Part shown: one piece after another, positions 59,294 to 64,000 of the stretch | How the letters are laid out: each line of letters starts with the position of its first letter | How positions within the stretch are numbered: position 1 is the first letter of the stretch | Source: Chrysomallon squamiferum | Lineage: Eukaryota > Animalia > Mollusca | Assembly: GCA_012295275.1 (NCBI GenBank) | Contig: CM022676.1 | Span: 15,438,001-15,502,000, forward strand | Length of the DNA stretch: 64,000 nucleotides | Direction of reading: 5' to 3' | Translations under genes and position numbers: made by a program | The notes under the pieces: generated by a model | Databases searched by the model: none | Told to the model about the DNA's origin: nothing | The model's input: the letters and a program-made list of their open reading frames with translations, nothing else

Positions 59294-61710
59294 GGTAGTG
59301 GTGTAGATATAATAGTAGTTGTAGTAGAAGGCTTAATCATATAGTAGTAGTAAAAGCATTAATAGTAGTAGCTGTAGTAGCTACAGCAGCAATGACAGTA
59401 GCAGTAGTTTTTTCATTATAAGAATTTACTACTGATAGATAAATAAATATGTATCTATGATTAATAAATAATGTTAGAAAGATGGACGGTGTTAATCGAT
59501 TTGATTTAATAAAATATTAATCAATCCAGAATTTATGATGTTTTTTTGTTTTTTTTACATCAGACACAAAGCATTCAGCATTTGGTGTTTTGAAATCGTG
59601 GAAGCTGACGTTGTTTGGAACACCAATGACTCCTCAACAGTTCATGAAAAGACGACGGTAAACACTGAAAATGTTTTTTTTTACTATTACATTCACTCAA
59701 GCATGAATACAATATTTTGTGTGTTCTATTTTTCATTTTTTTGGGGGGGCTATATTCAGCACAAAATGTTTACATCTGATTTACAGGTAGAGCTATGAAC
59801 ACAGATTGCAAAGTTTATATTACCATTATAAACTGTATCTGTTAATACCAGACTCTTATACTTACAGGGATGTTTCATTTTTATACAGAAAACTGCAAGA
59901 ACAGTAAAAGTAAATAAATGTGTTAAGTTTTAATTTATATATAAATACAGCATTTTAATCAACATGATACCACTAGTCAGTACATGGAGAAATTTCATTT
60001 ATCTCTTCATCATCTTCATAATAAATCAGAAAAGACGTATATAAATATACACATAAAAATAAACATAAAATGATATGAAAAATATGTAAAACAAATGTAT
60101 AAAGAGTATACAGAGGAAAAAAAAGGTCAGTTTGTCTTTATTAATTTAAAAAATTCTGATAATGTTATAGTTTTCACATCTTCTTACCTGCCTCTCCACC
60201 TCTCCTGTTTATATTTGTTTATCTTTCTGTTTATGTATCTGTTTATCTAGCTAATGTATTTCTGTTTGTCTATTTGTCACTATACTCCTTTGATGGAAAT
60301 TGTTAGCATCGTTGTTTTGACAGAAATGTGTATATTAGTTTGATTAAAAGAAGCTATGAATGTAGTTCTTAATACACCGTTTATTGTTTTAGTTTGATAC
60401 ATAAATCTGTTAATGTTTTGTTTTATTTGTTTTTATGGGGTGGGTTTAATTGTTTATTGTTTTATTTTGATAAAATAGTCTATGAATATTGTTTTGAGAA
60501 TTGTTTATTGTTTTAGTTTGACAAAACCTATGAATATTGTTTTTAAGAATTGTTTATTGTTTTAGTTTCATAGAAGAAACTATGAATAATATTTTTGAGA
60601 AGTGTTTATTGTTTTAGTTTCATAGATGAAACTATGAATATTGTTTTTAAGAACTGTTTATTGTTTCAGTTTGATAGAAGAAGCTATGAGTGGAATTTAT
60701 CTTAATGACAGCTACGAAATACCATGTCCACCACCCCCTGTTATAGCCACACCTTACACACCGATGTCAGAAAGAACATTAAAGGTATTTTTAATTTTTA
60801 TTGTTTATATATTTTCTGTAGTCATCAATATTGTCTTATCATCTATATGATCATTCTGTTAGAATTATCTTTATTATTACTCTTGTCATTTATTTATTGC
60901 TTTTTTATTGTGTTTCTTGTGCTATTTTAAATATTTATTTTGTTAGTTTGTTTAAATTTTATTATATAATTTGTTTATTTATTTGATTTGTCTATTTTTA
61001 TAATTTTGTCATACTTACATATTTTATTTACTTATTGTTTTATTTTTACTTCTTTATATGATGTTATATATTGAATTTTAAGTATTTATTTATTTATTTG
61101 CTTATTTTATTTGTTTATTTATTTAGTTGCTTAGTTATTTGACTTGTTTGTTTGCTTCATTTCTTGTTTGTTTATTTATATACAGATTCTGGCACTGTCG
61201 TGTATATTCTTTGCTGTCATGTCTCTCTATGAAACTCTGGAATATGCTTTCTGCTACAATGATGAGAAAAAAGAACAACGACGCAAGGTCAAACTTGCTG
61301 CAAGAGCGCAACGACTCAGCAGTGGCGCCAGTGCTGCTGCCACTGCCGATGATGCAACTGAATCAACTGGGTTACTTCAGCAAGAAGAAATTCCCATGGA
61401 AACCATATCGGTGATGTTGCCAGTAGCAACCCCTGAGGAGGCGTGCAGCTCTGATAGGGAGGAGGTTAATGAGAGTTTGCTAAGCAACAGAGGAGATAAC
61501 GAAGCTCCATCAAAGACAGCCATGTCTGTTAGTGAGTCTAGTGAGCAACATTTTGTGAGAAACTCACAGTATTGTGTTCAGTCTTCCTTAACAAAAACAA
61601 ATCATTTTACAAGTGGCCTTAATAATGGATTACCAGTGCCTCCTGTTGCAGTAGATGACGATGTTGATCTGACTGGCTCTGATCAAGACAGTGTCCTACT
61701 TGCCAGGTGA
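48921..61710 (+). CDS. PCSK7: Proprotein convertase subtilisin/kexin type 7 (PC7)-like, 16 coding exons
   Basis: Exons 48921-49463, 49877-49973, 50571-50672, 51056-51151, 51353-51443, 51756-51810, 52010-52148, 52427-52527, 53020-53187, 55897-56004, 56765-56870, 57185-57341, 58332-58426, 59564-59657, 60670-60784, 61186-61710, all phase-compatible GT-AG. Hydrophobic N-terminus, RQKR pro-site, triad VVDDG / NHHGTRC / HTGTSAAAP, oxyanion ASGNGG, PC7-typical [14 protein letters not shown] and HSHKHGFG, P domain LEHVQV, TM segment and acidic dileucine tail. Confidence 0.93.
53800..55070 (+). mobile_element. Decayed LINE RT relic in convertase intron 9
   Basis: LENGVKQGC at 53801-53827, then a Y-x-DD-like segment, then [14 protein letters not shown] and DSYKYLGLW; right boundary approximate. 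Confidence 0.65.
53861..54247. repeat. 43-bp minisatellite x9
   Basis: Unit ggagttaatggtagatgtgtatcattgttgaagtacacatgat; 387 bp = 9 x 43. Confidence 0.95.
56011..56314. repeat. 76-bp tandem repeat x4 directly after the exon 10 donor
   Basis: Units start at 56011, 56087, 56163 and 56239 and are near-identical. Confidence 0.95.
57336..58052. repeat. ~38-bp minisatellite (~19 units) containing the exon 12 splice donor
   Basis: Unit atgacaagtaagtttatttatcatagaatgtgaaatta. Confidence 0.93.
60335..60690. repeat. ~50-bp degenerate tandem repeat containing the exon 15 splice acceptor
   Basis: Unit tgtttattgttttagtttcatagaagaaactatgaatattgtttttaagaa; the last unit reads into the true exon (tttcag|tttgatagaagaagctatga). 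Confidence 0.85.
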
Positions 61711-62903
61711 CAGTGACGTCTGTGATGTTGTTGTCTACATGTGTCCTTTTTTTGTGTTCTTATATGATGGGATTTTAAAAATATATATATTTTAACATCT
61801 AATTAAAATCACTGATTGATGAGGTTCAAATTGGTGAAACTTCCATGTTATCCAGATGATCTTAATTTCTGTGATGGTTTTAATTTTATTGTAAATAGTG
61901 GGTATTTTTATGGAATTTTTTTTTTTTTTTAATTTTTTATAACAGTATTTGCACTTGGTGATACATTTTCAAACTGAGATAAAATCCTATTCATGTCCCT
62001 TTTTTTAATCTTTGTAAGTCTTAATTTTTGGTATTGTTATTATTATTATTTTAGTAATTTATTTATTATTATTTTTAAATAACATTATCTTTATAATTCA
62101 GTTCACTTCTTTTTCTTTTTTTTCAAAACAGTTTTCTGTTCCAAACTAATGAAAATAGATGTTGCTGGTTTATTTGTAAACTATTTAATTACTGTAATTT
62201 TTATAATTTTTTAGTCAAATTGTGTTGCTGTCCAGCAGACTTTGGATTATGAAACTATTTTAAGTTTGTTGATGAAATTATTTATTTACTTCAAGTTTTC
62301 ATTTTATTTATTTATTTATTCATTTATTTTTTATTATTCTTTTTTATCTATTATTACAATTATTATTCAATTAATTTAATAATTAAATGTGTTTGTGTTT
62401 GAGAAAACCAAGCTCAGGTTTTTAAAAAAATATTTCATATATCAGTCTGTGTGTGGGGAATTCACTCACAATGTGACATGAAAGTGTGAGGTGACCATTG
62501 TCCAGTTAGTGTCATTGTTTTAGTACAAGTTTATCAACACCACTATTAATCATCAATGAAATAACTTTTTTCAGACAAGTGCGACTAACATATTTTTTGA
62601 GATACTAGAAATAAGAGTGAAATAAATTTGATTCAGACAGAAAACTGAAAATCTATAAATGAACTCATTCTGACATCTGTGAGCTGTAGCTAAAAGTAAC
62701 TGCTGCAATCTGGAGTTTTACTGTGCAACATGAACATTTATTTTATATATATCTATTATAATCTAGTGTTTTTTCCATTCCAACTACAGATGTCGTGCAG
62801 TTTGTAGTATGTACTGCTTACAAAATAACAATTGTATACTTTTTAAAATTCTGTTTTTAACTTATATTTACTATTTAAACACAGATTTATGGTTGTCTAA
62901 CCC

Positions 62904-62952
<49 letters not shown>

Positions 62953-63493
62953 GATTATTATTATTATTATTAAACATTTTTGAAATCTCTGGTAAAATTA
63001 TCATAAAACTATTTTTTACCATTCCAACTAGTATCTTTGACAGTTCATTTTATTTTTATGACTTCTCCTTATTATATTCAGTTGACTTTAACTACAGGTT
63101 TTAGCCTAAAAGTATTGATATAAAGAATTACTCTAAAGCAAACTCTGTTTCTATAGTAACATACTAGAATACTGCAGTGGTTTGATTTACATACCTTTCA
63201 GTTGTACTTTGTAATACCTGTAGGTTTGTTTATTAGTTCAAAACAAGTACAGGATAAAATTACATAATTTTATTTAGTATTCTGAATACTTGCAGTGTTT
63301 GTACCTCCATCAAGATCCCCGAAGACTTGAACTAAAAACAAACAATGAAATGTGTTCATGAAAATAGAATAATTTGGTGCAGGATATCAAATACCTGTTG
63401 TTTTAGCTCTGAGTTCTCAGTGATTTTCCTTCTTTTTTTTTCTTTTTTTTTATCTGCATGTTTATTTATTTATAGATTTATTTCCCTTATAAA

Positions 63494-63527
<34 letters not shown>

Positions 63528-63690
63528 TACCAATAATCACACACAAAACACTCGAAAAATAAAATTCACACAACACGTATATGAAACAGACACACATATA
63601 AACATGAATATTTAAAAAGAAATAGAATGTTTTGTTGACTCAGATGTCCATACCACTAGGATACTTAATAATGTATTATTATTATTGTTA

Positions 63691-63748
<58 letters not shown>

Positions 63749-64000
63749 CATCATTTTCATTATCATTATTATTATTATTTTAATAACAGTACAGCCAAAA
63801 TTATTATACAAATGTTTGTTGTTTTTCTTGAATACATATTTTATCTATTTATTTGTTTGTTTATTTTCTTATATATTTATTTATTTACTTTTCAAATGCA
63901 TTATTATTAGTAGTAGTATTTTTAGTATTATTATTATTATCATCATTTTCATTATCATTATTATTATTATTTTAATAACAGTACAGCCAAATTATTATAC

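Overview
AT-rich, microsatellite-dense eukaryotic DNA with spliceosomal introns; the gene and LINE content suggest an invertebrate, probably a mollusc (inference). In order: (1) a tandemly duplicated 3' end of an unidentified gene encoding a Tyr-motif tail (YENL/YEVF); (2) pogo/Tigger relics; (3) a + strand signal-peptide/group-A SRCR gene with at least 8 split-exon domains in an (abc)n higher-order repeat that runs into an assembly gap at 33085-33284; (4) a ~38-bp minisatellite; (5) a two-exon, ~2270-aa ZNFX1-like helicase on the - strand whose RZ finger lacks the usual catalytic Cys and continues into a ~530-aa Arg/Ser/Asp/Thr-rich tail built largely of 9-aa repeats; (6) a MITE; (7) a small spliced + strand gene, only partly shown in the ORF track, with an RSKR convertase site followed by a cationic domain resembling bacterial polymorphic-toxin C-terminal domains, interrupted by one in-frame TAA; (8) a complete 16-coding-exon PCSK7-like proprotein convertase whose introns carry tandem arrays of its own splice sites. 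All family assignments come from manual motif reading, not database searches.
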